A stretch of DNA of 37,102 nt from the UHGV virus genome UHGV-0134521; one strand, given 5' to 3'. This document shows positions 9,310 to 18,764 of this stretch, in pieces. How positions within the stretch are numbered: the first letter of the stretch is position 1; the number at the start of each line of letters is the position of its first letter. The DNA is from a virus. Under the pieces are notes generated by a model, which was not told where the DNA came from, did no database searches, and saw only the letters and a program-made list of their open reading frames with translations. Position numbers and translations under genes: made by a program.

Positions 9310-9343
9310 ATCCATTGCGCCAGCTAATCCAATGGATTACAAT
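9310..9343 (+). promoter_or_regulatory. Candidate sigma70 promoter (-35 TTGCGC 9315..9320, -10 TACAAT 9338..9343) with 7-bp inverted repeat TCCATTG/CAATGGA (9310..9316, 9331..9337)
   Basis: Hexamers with 17-bp spacing read from sequence; inverted repeat brackets the spacer; about 25 bp upstream of cassette gene 1. Confidence 0.35.
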
Positions 9344-9365
9344 GTTATATTTACTGAGGGCATGT

Positions 9366-10022
9366 ATGAAAGAAAAAATGATAAATGAAATGCCATCGGC
9401 CCATATTAAGCAGTTAAGGGCCAAAACTGGTTTAACTCAAGAGGAATTTTGCGAGACTTTCGGTCTTAATCTCAACACCTATCGTCATTGGGAGAGGGGG
9501 GATAGAAAACCAACTGGCTCATCATTAGTTTTGCTAAAACTTATTGAGGAGTCTTTTCACGAAGTGCTATCAATTATGAAAAAAATCAAGGGGGATGGTC
9601 CAATAATGTCAGATGGTAAAACACTTATACTTAAATCACTTGAACAAGATAGATTTTTCACTTTTGAACGTTTTGTAAAAGAAAGTTCTTTTTTTTCTGC
9701 GGATGCCATTTGTGCTCTTATTAAAGCTAATGGTTTTCCTTATGTTTATTTTTCAAATAACCAAGGGGAACTTGTATTTTCAGCAGGTTATGAAATTGAA
9801 GATATGAAAGAAGTGTTCTGGGTCAAGAATGATGATAGAACATATGGTGGATCTCTCAAAACTGTCGTTGAAAAAACTTATAGTTCAATCTATGCGATAG
9901 AAGTTGACCTGCAAGATGCTGTTTATTGGACTCCGGAAATGAGAAACTCAAGAATAGTCGATATTACCGAGAAAACAGGAATTGAACGTGACTTTTTTAA
10001 CAATATTTTAAGGAATTGGTAG
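9366..10022 (+). CDS. Cassette gene 1: XRE-family HTH domain (HigA/MqsA-antitoxin-like) fused to a ~160-aa C-terminal domain of unknown function
   Basis: N-terminal KQLRAKTGLTQEEFCETFGLNLNTYRHWERGDRKPTGSSLVLLKLIEE is a typical XRE HTH; ATG 9366 after GAGGG; AT-rich. Confidence 0.65.
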   Translation: MKEKMINEMPSAHIKQLRAKTGLTQEEFCETFGLNLNTYRHWERGDRKPTGSSLVLLKLIEESFHEVLSIMKKIKGDGPIMSDGKTLILKSLEQDRFFTFERFVKESSFFSADAICALIKANGFPYVYFSNNQGELVFSAGYEIEDMKEVFWVKNDDRTYGGSLKTVVEKTYSSIYAIEVDLQDAVYWTPEMRNSRIVDITEKTGIERDFFNNILRNW

Positions 10023-10023
10023 T

Positions 10024-10695
10024 ATGCGTGGTAAACTAATCAGCTTTGAAGGTATTGATGGTAGTGGGAAAGGAACTCAATCGAAGCTGCTTTTCGAAAA
10101 ACTAAATGCAATAGGGGAAACGGCAAAGCTATTTAGTTTTCCTTGTTACGAGAATACTTTTTTTGGAAAAGAAATAGGTGCATTTTTGAGAGGTGAATTT
10201 GGCGGGATTAATGATGTACATCCTAAACTCGCTTCAATTTTATACGCAATGGATCGTTTTGAGAAAAGGCAAGAAATTGTAAGTTCCTTAGATCAAGGAA
10301 TTGTAGTAATTTGTGACCGTTATGTCGATTCTAATATCGCGCATCAATCGTCTAAACTTGCAGTTTCTCAGCAGAAGGAATTTATTGATTGGGTTAGTGC
10401 ATTAGAATATGAATTTAATAAAATGCCTGTGCCTGATTTAACATTTTTCCTGAATGTTCCTTTGGATATTTCAAAGGAAATGGTACTGAAGAAGAAAAAA
10501 AGAAGCTACACTGACTCCGAAGAAGATATACATGAAAGAGCATATGATTATTTAGAAAGAGTATTGTTAGCATACAATAAAATTGATTTCGGCACGCGCT
10601 GGAACTTAATTGAGTGCTGTAATAATAATAATCTGATGGATCCTGAGTCAATAAGTGATTTAATATTTAAAATTGTCATGAAAGGGCTTAGATAA
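10024..10695 (+). CDS. Cassette gene 2: thymidylate-kinase-fold P-loop NMP kinase-like protein, 223 aa
   Basis: FEGIDGSGKGTQ P-loop-like segment, CDRYVDSNIAHQS (Tmk DRY motif) and PDLTFFLNVPLDIS (Tmk PDLT motif); start 1 nt after gene 1 stop. Confidence 0.7.
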   Translation: MRGKLISFEGIDGSGKGTQSKLLFEKLNAIGETAKLFSFPCYENTFFGKEIGAFLRGEFGGINDVHPKLASILYAMDRFEKRQEIVSSLDQGIVVICDRYVDSNIAHQSSKLAVSQQKEFIDWVSALEYEFNKMPVPDLTFFLNVPLDISKEMVLKKKKRSYTDSEEDIHERAYDYLERVLLAYNKIDFGTRWNLIECCNNNNLMDPESISDLIFKIVMKGLR

Positions 10696-11615
10696 TGCAC
10701 GAGTTGTTGAGAAAAAAACACTCTAGGAATAGTTTCATTACTCTATTTGTTATAGTTGTAACATTAATACTGCTTCTTCGGTATGCTGTACTTCCTTATT
10801 TTTACCCTCCACAATCAACTGATTTTGGGGGCTTTATTGCGACATTATTAAATGGGCTATTTTCATCCTTAACAGTAACCTTCTTGATCGGTTTATTTAT
10901 GTTTTGGATTCAGCCGAAACCTGAAAATTATGCTAAAATAGAAATTGCATATCCTAAAGAATTACCAGAACTTTTCAATGTTGCGTTCCTTAAAACGGAA
11001 ATTTGGTATTATAAAGGTGGATGTGGAAGATATTTTAGAACAGCTACGTTACCAAATATGGCGAAACAGGCTAGATCAAAGTCACAGTCAAAAGAAATTT
11101 TGGTTGTTATCCTTGATCCAACTAATATTGATTTATGTGAAAAACACGCTATTTACAGAAGTGGTACAGCATCACAAGAAATTGAAATTAGGCCTTGGAC
11201 AACAGAGGAAGTTCGCGCTGAGTTGTTTGCAACGATTATTACAACGCTAATTACTCAAGCCAAAGAACCTTCATTAAGAATAAAATTATCATTATGCCCT
11301 CACTATTCATCTTTTAGGATAGATTTATCAGATGATTACGCTATTATTACAAAGGAAGATCGCAATTCTCCGGCCATTATATGTCATAAGGGGACTCATT
11401 TTTATAAATCTTATAAAGATGAAGTAATTTTGTCTCTAAACCAATCACGTAGTGTTCGTATGATAGATCAAGTTGATTTTACTCTAAGAGATATTGATGG
11501 CACGAAAGTTAAATCTTTGTTATCTGATGCTGGTTTAGATGATAACAATCTCACGCCGACTTTCTATGACAAGGTCGCGTCGTTATGTAAAGAGGCGAAA
11601 AATCCATATGCATGA
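10695..11615 (+). CDS. Cassette gene 3: membrane protein with two N-terminal transmembrane helices and a ~230-aa soluble domain, 306 aa
   Basis: Two hydrophobic stretches near the N-terminus (FITLFVIVVTLILLL; LFSSLTVTFLIGLFMFWI); start overlaps gene 2 stop (TAATG). Confidence 0.6.
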   Translation: MHELLRKKHSRNSFITLFVIVVTLILLLRYAVLPYFYPPQSTDFGGFIATLLNGLFSSLTVTFLIGLFMFWIQPKPENYAKIEIAYPKELPELFNVAFLKTEIWYYKGGCGRYFRTATLPNMAKQARSKSQSKEILVVILDPTNIDLCEKHAIYRSGTASQEIEIRPWTTEEVRAELFATIITTLITQAKEPSLRIKLSLCPHYSSFRIDLSDDYAIITKEDRNSPAIICHKGTHFYKSYKDEVILSLNQSRSVRMIDQVDFTLRDIDGTKVKSLLSDAGLDDNNLTPTFYDKVASLCKEAKNPYA

Positions 11616-12246
11616 TTATATGAATGAAATCTATCAAAAAATAACTAATAAAGAATCGTTCGATGTTAAACGTTTCTTTACTTGCTTGGTTGATAATTTT
11701 GATAATTTTGATCCTACTTGGCATGCATTGGGATTTATTCATTGCCGTTTAGCTCAGAATGATCAAGGGACTTTACGCTTACATATTTGGTTCAAAAATG
11801 ATTCACATCCTGCTGAACAGTTAGAAAAAATTCATGATCATAAATTCTCGTTGAATAGCTATGTGTTGTACGGTGCAATATGTAACGAGGTTTTTGAACT
11901 TATAGAAACGTCATCTGGAAAATATGATTACCAGGCCTATGCAGTTAAATATCTTGATAAAGGTTCAGAGTTAATCCCTTTAGCCACTTATTATAATGTT
12001 AGTGATGTATCTTCAAGTATAATAAGGGCTGGTTGTTATTATACGGTTGACTCCAGAGAGTTTCACCGATCATCACTTGTAAATAGTGAGATGGCGATAT
12101 CACTAGTGGCGACTTTTGAGCATAAAAATAAAGACCCTTTGACTTTGGTATCTCATGGGGGGAGTGAGTTTAAAATAAGAGATAAGGTTCCATTTGATAA
12201 GAACAAATGGGTGGAGATATTAAAAGAATACATATCAAAATTATGA
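11608..12246 (+). CDS. Cassette gene 4: hypothetical soluble protein, ~212 aa
   Basis: In-frame ATG at 11608 overlapping gene 3 stop by 8 nt; His-rich segments; no family recognised. Confidence 0.55.
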   Translation: MHDYMNEIYQKITNKESFDVKRFFTCLVDNFDNFDPTWHALGFIHCRLAQNDQGTLRLHIWFKNDSHPAEQLEKIHDHKFSLNSYVLYGAICNEVFELIETSSGKYDYQAYAVKYLDKGSELIPLATYYNVSDVSSSIIRAGCYYTVDSREFHRSSLVNSEMAISLVATFEHKNKDPLTLVSHGGSEFKIRDKVPFDKNKWVEILKEYISKL

Positions 12247-12253
12247 TGTTAGC

Positions 12254-12277
12254 TGCCAGATAGGATTTATCTGGCAG
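12254..12277. terminator. Hairpin (CTGCCAGATA / TATCTGGCAG) between convergent cassette gene 4 and portal gene
   Basis: Perfect 10-bp stem, short loop, followed by TGGGTTT on the + strand. Confidence 0.5.
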
Positions 12278-12282
12278 TGGGT

Positions 12283-13311
12283 TTAATTTAACTCGTATTG
12301 CCTAAAGCGAATAATTTCATCCCCAGCCCATGGATTTAATGCGAGAAATTTCTTCTGTAACGGAAGTAGTTCATTTTTGACGAAAACATTCGCAGCCTTC
12401 TCCACGTCCCCAAACCCCCCAACATTATTCGGCATAATCCCCATCATCTGTGGCGGAACACGATGCGCGGCCATCATGTCATCACGACTCACGTTCTTGA
12501 TGTTCAGAAATTCATCTTTCGCTGCAACTTCTGACAACGGGATGATCTGAAGCCCGTCCTTTTTGCCGTTAGGCGAGTACATAAACAGGTTACGGAAGTT
12601 ACCCGGACCTTTGGCACTTTTCATCGCGTTGCGGAGGTTGTTTACGTCCTCCTGGTTCTGCGCGGCATCGGTCATGTACATGATGAAGCCAGCATGACTG
12701 CCGTTAATGTAATACTTCCGGCGGAACAGCGTGGCGGACTCGTTGAGCAGGGCTGACGGAATGGCAGAAAGATAACCGGGCAGGCCGTAGATCTCCTGGT
12801 TGATGTCCGGTTCCATCAGATGAAAGATGCTGCCTTTCGTGAACTGATATGGCTGGGTTGTCATACCGTATTGCACAAACCAGTAGGTATCCAGGTCTAA
12901 CCCGCGTCGTGTGTATTTCGCCAGGGCAGGTTCAAGGGCGATAACTTCACCGAAGCGGTTCGTGCGTTTCTCCAGGTAGGCGTTACCAAATACCAGATAG
13001 TCCTGCACAAAACGTGAAAAAGCCTGCTGGCTGAGCAGCGTGTGAGGGATGTAGGTACTGGTCAGAATGTTGCATTTCACCGCAATTGGTGAACTGTGAT
13101 GCACGGCAGCGCGGAAGGTGCGCGCCAGTCCGTCAAAGCTTACTGGCGGCTCATACCAGCGATCTGTCTGTACGCATTCCACATAGTCCAGCAGTTCGCG
13201 GCGGTCCAGAACAGGAACGGGATCACCGAAGCTGAATGCTTCGGCTGAAGTCTGGCTTTTATGCTGGATCTGGTTCGTCGATGCAGCGCGGTTCTTCTTA
13301 CTCTTGCCCAT
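12283..13311 (-). CDS. Q: Capsid portal protein (P2 gpQ-like)
   Basis: P2 Q-like sequence and position; ATG at 13311 overlaps P stop by 1 nt. Confidence 0.9.
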   Translation of the reverse strand: MGKSKKNRAASTNQIQHKSQTSAEAFSFGDPVPVLDRRELLDYVECVQTDRWYEPPVSFDGLARTFRAAVHHSSPIAVKCNILTSTYIPHTLLSQQAFSRFVQDYLVFGNAYLEKRTNRFGEVIALEPALAKYTRRGLDLDTYWFVQYGMTTQPYQFTKGSIFHLMEPDINQEIYGLPGYLSAIPSALLNESATLFRRKYYINGSHAGFIMYMTDAAQNQEDVNNLRNAMKSAKGPGNFRNLFMYSPNGKKDGLQIIPLSEVAAKDEFLNIKNVSRDDMMAAHRVPPQMMGIMPNNVGGFGDVEKAANVFVKNELLPLQKKFLALNPWAGDEIIRFRQYELN

Positions 13312-15077
13312 CAAAAAATCTCCACAATATTGCTGGTATTGGCGGACTCGCCCTGCAGCGGTTCGTTAAACAGTGCGTGCATTGTTGCCCAGGCCAGATC
13401 CGCATGGCTGGCTTCTTCGCTGCGGCTGGCTTCATAGGTCGGGCGGTTGCCGCTGGCGGTGGTGGCGCGACGGATTGCCATAAATGACTGCGCTATGTCG
13501 GTGTGTCCGGCGTCAAACTCCAGACGGCGGTGACTGATAATGTCGTAGGCCTTGAGTACCAGGGCGTTTTTAACGTTGGGGTTGTAGACAAACTCCCGGA
13601 CGGCAGGAAAGAACGCTTTCACGTTCTCGTAAACCCCGTGGCCGACACCTGTCGAGTCGATGCCGATATAGGTCACGTTGTACTGCTCGGTCAGTTTTTT
13701 GATGGCGTCTGCCTGGGCGCGGAAGTCCATCCCGCGCCACTGGTGACGCTCAAGAATGCGGAACTTACCACCAGGCACGGCTGGCGGCGCCACCACCACG
13801 CATCCGGCGCTGTCGCCGTTTTGCGTACCTTTTGCCGGGTCATAACCGATCCACACTTCGCGCCAGCCAAACGGGCGCAGAGCCAGTGCATGAAAGTCGG
13901 TCCAGACTTCCCAGCTGTCCACCATGCACGCCTGCAGCTCGCTGAGCGGGAACACGGACGCGAGATCGTCCACAAACTCGCACATCAGCAGGTTCTGGTA
14001 TTCGTCCGGGCTGTACTCCATGCGCAACTGGTCAAGGTCGAACAGGTTACAGCCGCCGCGCACCGCATCTTCCACGGTGACTATCTGGCGGTATTGCCCG
14101 TCAGCGCACAGCAGGCCGGGGGCCAGATTGCTGTGGGACAGGTCGATGTCCACCTTATCGGCTTTGTTGCGCCCACGGTTGAATAGCGCACCGGACCAGA
14201 ACGGATAAGCACTGTGTGTCAGGCTGGATGGCGTGGAAAAATAGGTTTGTCGCCATTTCTTGTGAATAGCCATACCGGAAGCCACTTTGCGCAGCTCCTG
14301 GAATTTCGGTATCCAGAAATATTCATCCAGATACAGGTTGCCGTGATAACTCTGGGCAGTGCGGGCATTGGTGCCGAGGAAGTAAAGCGTGGCCCCGTTA
14401 GGAAGCACCATCGGATCGCCTTTCAACTCCACCTCCACTTCTTTGGCGAAGTCGATGATGTACTGCTTAAAGACGTTGGCCTGTGCCTTGCTGGCGGAAA
14501 GGAAAATCTGGTTACGTCCGGCCAGCAGGGCGTCAATCAGGGCTTCACGGGCAAAGTAAAATGTCGCGCCGATCTGGCGTGACTTCAGCAGGTTGCGGAT
14601 GCGGTTGGTTTTTCCGGCTTCCCACCAGTGGCGCTGGTAGTTGAACATGGAGGAATGGAAGATTTCTTCCAGCTTCTCAATCTGCTCATCGGTGAAATCA
14701 TTCTTTTCCGGCTGACGGCGTGGGCCTTTGTTGCGGTTGGCGACGTTAGGGTTTAAGTCGGATTCGTTGCCGCCATTGTTAAACTTGCCGATCCGCGCGT
14801 GGCGCTCAGACTGGCGCGCCAGCAGGTCAATCTCTTTGAAATCTTTCCCTTCTTTGTGCTCCTTCATGATGAGCTGGCAGTAGCGTGCGGCGGTGGTGAG
14901 CTGCATCTGATCCAGCGGCCCATAGTCACCCCACTTGTCGCGTTTTTTCCAGCTGTGAACGGTTGCAACTTTCTCGCCCAGCATTTCAGCAATGCGGGCT
15001 ACGCGGTATCCCTGAAAGTACAGCAGCATGGCCTGCCGACGGGGATCGAGATCTGTGGGTGTCAGTGTGGTGTTCAT
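13311..15077 (-). CDS. P: Terminase large (ATPase) subunit (P2 gpP-like), 588 aa
   Basis: Size, position divergent from O, P2 P-like sequence. Confidence 0.9.
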   Translation of the reverse strand: MNTTLTPTDLDPRRQAMLLYFQGYRVARIAEMLGEKVATVHSWKKRDKWGDYGPLDQMQLTTAARYCQLIMKEHKEGKDFKEIDLLARQSERHARIGKFNNGGNESDLNPNVANRNKGPRRQPEKNDFTDEQIEKLEEIFHSSMFNYQRHWWEAGKTNRIRNLLKSRQIGATFYFAREALIDALLAGRNQIFLSASKAQANVFKQYIIDFAKEVEVELKGDPMVLPNGATLYFLGTNARTAQSYHGNLYLDEYFWIPKFQELRKVASGMAIHKKWRQTYFSTPSSLTHSAYPFWSGALFNRGRNKADKVDIDLSHSNLAPGLLCADGQYRQIVTVEDAVRGGCNLFDLDQLRMEYSPDEYQNLLMCEFVDDLASVFPLSELQACMVDSWEVWTDFHALALRPFGWREVWIGYDPAKGTQNGDSAGCVVVAPPAVPGGKFRILERHQWRGMDFRAQADAIKKLTEQYNVTYIGIDSTGVGHGVYENVKAFFPAVREFVYNPNVKNALVLKAYDIISHRRLEFDAGHTDIAQSFMAIRRATTASGNRPTYEASRSEEASHADLAWATMHALFNEPLQGESANTSNIVEIF

Positions 15078-15123
15078 GGCACAAACCTACAGCCTTGAAT
15101 GAAGGCTTTCCCCGCCTGCGGTT

Positions 15124-15141
15124 TGTGTGGTTGTCGGTACA
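15124..15141. promoter_or_regulatory. TGT-N12-ACA dyad between divergent P and O genes (candidate Ogr/B late-activator site)
   Basis: TGTGTGGTTGTCGGTACA read from sequence; P2 late promoters are known to carry TGT-N12-ACA. Confidence 0.5.
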
Positions 15142-15219
15142 AATACCGCGCATTGTTTCACTGCCCCCATCACCGCAACCATAAGGCTCCAGTAAGTTTT
15201 TTCTAACGGAGCACGGCTC

Positions 15220-16053
15220 ATGACAGTGAAAGCAAAGCGTTTTCGCATCGGGGTGGAAGGTGCCACCACCGACGGACGCGAAATCCAGCGTGAATGGTTG
15301 GAACAGATGGCAGCCAGCTACAACCCGGCGGTGTATACCGCGCTGATTAACCTTGAGCACATCAAGTCTTATCTGCCGGACAGCACCTTTAACCGCTACG
15401 GCAAGGTGACGGCGCTGTTTGCTGAAGAAATCACGGAAGGTCCGCTGGCAGGCAAGATGGCATTGTATGCCGACGTTGAGCCAACGGAGTCCCTGGTGGA
15501 ACTGGTGAAAAAAGGCCAGAAATTATTCACCTCTATGGAAGTCAGCCCTAAGTTCGCTGATACGGGCAAAGCCTACCTGGTTGGACTGGCCGCCACTGAT
15601 GATCCAGCCAGTCTGGGTACGGAAATGCTGACATTCAGCGCCAGTGCAGCCCATAACCCGCTGGCAAACCGCAAGCAGAATCCCGCCAATCTTTTTACCG
15701 CAGCAGAGGAAACGGTGATCGAACTGGAAGAAGTCCTGGACGAAAAACCATCCCTGTTTGCCCGTGTCACGGCGTTGTTTACCAAAAAAGAACAGTCCGA
15801 TGACGCCCGGTTCTCTGATGTGCATAAGGCCGTGGAGCTGGTCGCCACTGAGCAGCAGAACCTGAGCGCACGCACCGAAAAATCCCTGTCTGAGCAGGAA
15901 GAACGCCTGTCTGAACTGGAGACTGCTCTGCAGGAGCAGCAAACCGCCTTTAACGAACTGGTGAATAAGCTGAGTCATGAAGACAGCCGCCAGGACTACC
16001 GCCAGCGTGCAACAGGCGGTAACGCCCCCGCTGACACTCTGACCAATTGCTGA
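15220..16053 (+). CDS. O: Capsid scaffolding protein (gpO-like)
   Basis: Position, size, GGAG SD, P2 O-like. Confidence 0.85.
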   Translation: MTVKAKRFRIGVEGATTDGREIQREWLEQMAASYNPAVYTALINLEHIKSYLPDSTFNRYGKVTALFAEEITEGPLAGKMALYADVEPTESLVELVKKGQKLFTSMEVSPKFADTGKAYLVGLAATDDPASLGTEMLTFSASAAHNPLANRKQNPANLFTAAEETVIELEEVLDEKPSLFARVTALFTKKEQSDDARFSDVHKAVELVATEQQNLSARTEKSLSEQEERLSELETALQEQQTAFNELVNKLSHEDSRQDYRQRATGGNAPADTLTNC

Positions 16054-16069
16054 TGGAGCACAAAACCTG

Positions 16070-17128
16070 ATGAAGAAGAATACCCGCTTTGCTTTTAACG
16101 CTTACCTGCAGCAGCTGGCGCGTCTGAACGGTGTGGCAGTTGAAGAACTGTCCAGCAAGTTCACCGTGGAGCCGTCTGTACAGCAGACGCTGGAAGACCA
16201 GATCCAGCAGTCCGCCGCTTTCCTGACGCTGATTAACGTCACGCCAGTGACTGAGCAGTCCGGTCAGCTGCTGGGGTTGGGTGTTGGTAGCACCATTGCC
16301 GGAACCACTGACACCACCGCGAAAGAGCGTGAACCTGTCGATCCTACGCTGATGGTCGATGTGGAATACAAATGCGAGCAGACCAACTTTGACACGGTAC
16401 TGACCTACGCGAAGCTGGACCTGTGGGCGAAGTTTCAGGATTTCCAGGTGCGTATCCGTGACGCCATCGTGAAACGTCAGGCACTGGACCGCATCATGAT
16501 CGGCTTTAACGGCGTGAAGCGTGCGAAAACCTCCAACCGTAGCGAAAACCCGCTGCTGCAGGATGTGAACAAAGGCTGGCTGCAGAAAATCCGTGAGGAT
16601 GCACCGGATCACGTCATGGGCAGCACCACCACGGGCGGCGAAACCACACCGGGTGCGGTGAAAGTCGGGAAAGGTGGCGAATATGCCAACCTGGACGCCG
16701 TGGTGATGGATGCGGTCAATGAGCTTATCGACGTGGTCTACCAGGACGATGACGATCTGGTGGTGATTTGTGGTCGTGAACTGCTGTCTGACAAGTATTT
16801 CCCGCTGGTCAACAAAGAGCAGGAAAACAGTGAAAAACTGGCTGCCGATATGATCATCAGTCAGAAACGCATGGGTGGCCTGCAGGCCGTGCGTGCGCCG
16901 TTCTTCCCGCCGAATGCGCTGCTGATCACCCGTCTGGATAACCTGTCCATCTACTGGCAGGAAGACACCCGCCGTCGTTCAGTTATCGACAACCCGAAAC
17001 GTGACCGGATTGAAAACTTTGAATCCGTTAACGAAGCCTATGTGGTTGAGGACTACCGCTGCGCCGCACTGGTGGAAAACATCCAGATTGGTGATTTCAG
17101 CGCCGCCGCAGCCGAAACCGGAGCGTAA
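16070..17128 (+). CDS. N: Major capsid protein (gpN-like)
   Basis: Position after O, 352 aa, P2 N-like. Confidence 0.9.
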   Translation: MKKNTRFAFNAYLQQLARLNGVAVEELSSKFTVEPSVQQTLEDQIQQSAAFLTLINVTPVTEQSGQLLGLGVGSTIAGTTDTTAKEREPVDPTLMVDVEYKCEQTNFDTVLTYAKLDLWAKFQDFQVRIRDAIVKRQALDRIMIGFNGVKRAKTSNRSENPLLQDVNKGWLQKIREDAPDHVMGSTTTGGETTPGAVKVGKGGEYANLDAVVMDAVNELIDVVYQDDDDLVVICGRELLSDKYFPLVNKEQENSEKLAADMIISQKRMGGLQAVRAPFFPPNALLITRLDNLSIYWQEDTRRRSVIDNPKRDRIENFESVNEAYVVEDYRCAALVENIQIGDFSAAAAETGA

Positions 17129-17131
17129 TCC

Positions 17132-17782
17132 ATGAGCCTGAGTCCCGCACGGCAGCATCGCCTGCGCGTTCAGGCTGAACAGGCCGCCCGCGAGGGCGGC
17201 AGTGTTCGCCACGCATCGGGCTATGACCTGATGCTGCTGCAACTGGCGGAAGACCGCCGCCGTCTCAAGGGCGTTCAGTCCACGGTCAAAAAAGCGGAAA
17301 TCAAGGTGGAGCTGCTGCCGAAGTACGCCGCCTGGGCGGAGGGCGTCCTGGCTGCCGGAGGCGCTCAACAGGATGACGTGCTGATGTACGTGATGCTGTG
17401 GCGCATTGATGCCGGAGATTATGCCGGGGCGCTGGAGATTGGGCGTCATGCCCTGCGTCATGGCTGGGTGATGCCGCTGGGTAACCGCAACGTGCAGACC
17501 GTGCTGGCAGAGGAAATGGCAGATGCAGCGCAGAGCGCAATGCTTGCCGCCACCGGCTTTGATGCCGATCTGTTGCTGCAGACGCTGGAGCTGACAGACG
17601 GTCTGGATATGCCGGACCAGTCACGGGCGCGTCTGCATAAAGCGATTGGCGCTGTCCTGAGTGAAAGCAATCCGGCTTCCGCCCTTAATCATCTCAACCA
17701 TGCGTTACAGCTCGATCCCCGCTGTGGCGTGAAAAAAGACAAACAGCAGCTGGAGCGCAGACTGCGCAATGACAGCCGCTGA
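17132..17782 (+). CDS. M: Terminase small / endonuclease subunit (gpM-like)
   Basis: Position and size, P2 M-like. Confidence 0.85.
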   Translation: MSLSPARQHRLRVQAEQAAREGGSVRHASGYDLMLLQLAEDRRRLKGVQSTVKKAEIKVELLPKYAAWAEGVLAAGGAQQDDVLMYVMLWRIDAGDYAGALEIGRHALRHGWVMPLGNRNVQTVLAEEMADAAQSAMLAATGFDADLLLQTLELTDGLDMPDQSRARLHKAIGAVLSESNPASALNHLNHALQLDPRCGVKKDKQQLERRLRNDSR

Positions 17783-17877
17783 CAGAACGTGCCCCCGCGC
17801 ACGGGCGGCACGGGGTGGCGAAAGGCTCTGCCACATCAAAACCCCGTCCACCGCCCTTTATTTCAGGAGAAAGCAGC

Positions 17878-18342
17878 ATGAAGTTTGTTGCGCCAGACCA
17901 GGCACCGGAACAGGCGGAAATCATCAGAAATACGCCGTTCTGGCCTGATGTGGACCTGTCGGAGTTTCGCAGTGTGATGCGCACTGACGGCACGGTGACG
18001 CAGCCGCGTTTAAAGCAGGTTGCGCTGTCGGCAATTTCGGAGGTCAACGCAGAGCTGTATGAGTTTCGCAGACGTCAGCAGATGCTGGGGTATGCGTCGC
18101 TGGCTGAGGTTCCGGCGGAACAGTTGGACGGCAAAAGTGAGCGCATTCAGCACTATTTCAACGCGGTTTACTGCTGGGCACGCGCCATGCTCAACGAACG
18201 ATACCAGGACTATGACGCCACAGCATCCGGTGTGAAGCGGGGCGAAGAACTGGCAGAAGCCAGCGGTGATTTGTGGCGTGACGCCCGCTGGGCCATCAGC
18301 CGGGTACAGGATGCGCCGCACTGCACAGTGGAGCTTATCTGA
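17878..18342 (+). CDS. L: Head completion/stabilisation protein (gpL-like)
   Basis: ATG 17878 after AGGAGA; P2 L-like; the track ORF from 17815 is an upstream extension. Confidence 0.8.
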   Translation: MKFVAPDQAPEQAEIIRNTPFWPDVDLSEFRSVMRTDGTVTQPRLKQVALSAISEVNAELYEFRRRQQMLGYASLAEVPAEQLDGKSERIQHYFNAVYCWARAMLNERYQDYDATASGVKRGEELAEASGDLWRDARWAISRVQDAPHCTVELI

Positions 18343-18545
18343 TGAAAGTGCGTGCGCATCAGTATGACACGGTGGACGCGCTTTGCTGGCGTCATTACGG
18401 GCGCACGCAGGGTGTCACGGAGCAGGTACTGAAGGCAAATCCGGGGCTTGCCGAATACAGCCCCTTTTTACCTCACGGGCTGCAGGTGGAGCTGCCGGAC
18501 ATTCCGACCACCACCACCGTGCAGACCGTCCAGCTATGGGACTGA
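18342..18545 (+). CDS. X: Tail protein X (gpX-like), 67 aa
   Basis: ATGA overlap with L; P2 X-like size and position. Confidence 0.8.
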   Translation: MKVRAHQYDTVDALCWRHYGRTQGVTEQVLKANPGLAEYSPFLPHGLQVELPDIPTTTTVQTVQLWD

Positions 18546-18548
18546 ATT

Positions 18549-18764
18549 ATGACGCTTGAGCGAATCAGCGCCTTTATCACGTATTGCATCGCCGTCGTGC
18601 TGGCCTGGCTGGGCGATTTGTCCATCAAGGATGCCTCAACGCTGGGCGGCCTGATGATTGGTGTGCTGATGCTGGCTATCAACTGGTACTACAAACACAA
18701 AGCCTACCAGCTTCTGCGCGACGGGCAGATCTCGCGGGAGGACTATGAATCCATCAATCGTTAA
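18549..18764 (+). CDS. Y: Holin (gpY-like), 71 aa
   Basis: Small protein with hydrophobic segments directly upstream of the endolysin. Confidence 0.75.
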   Translation: MTLERISAFITYCIAVVLAWLGDLSIKDASTLGGLMIGVLMLAINWYYKHKAYQLLRDGQISREDYESINR

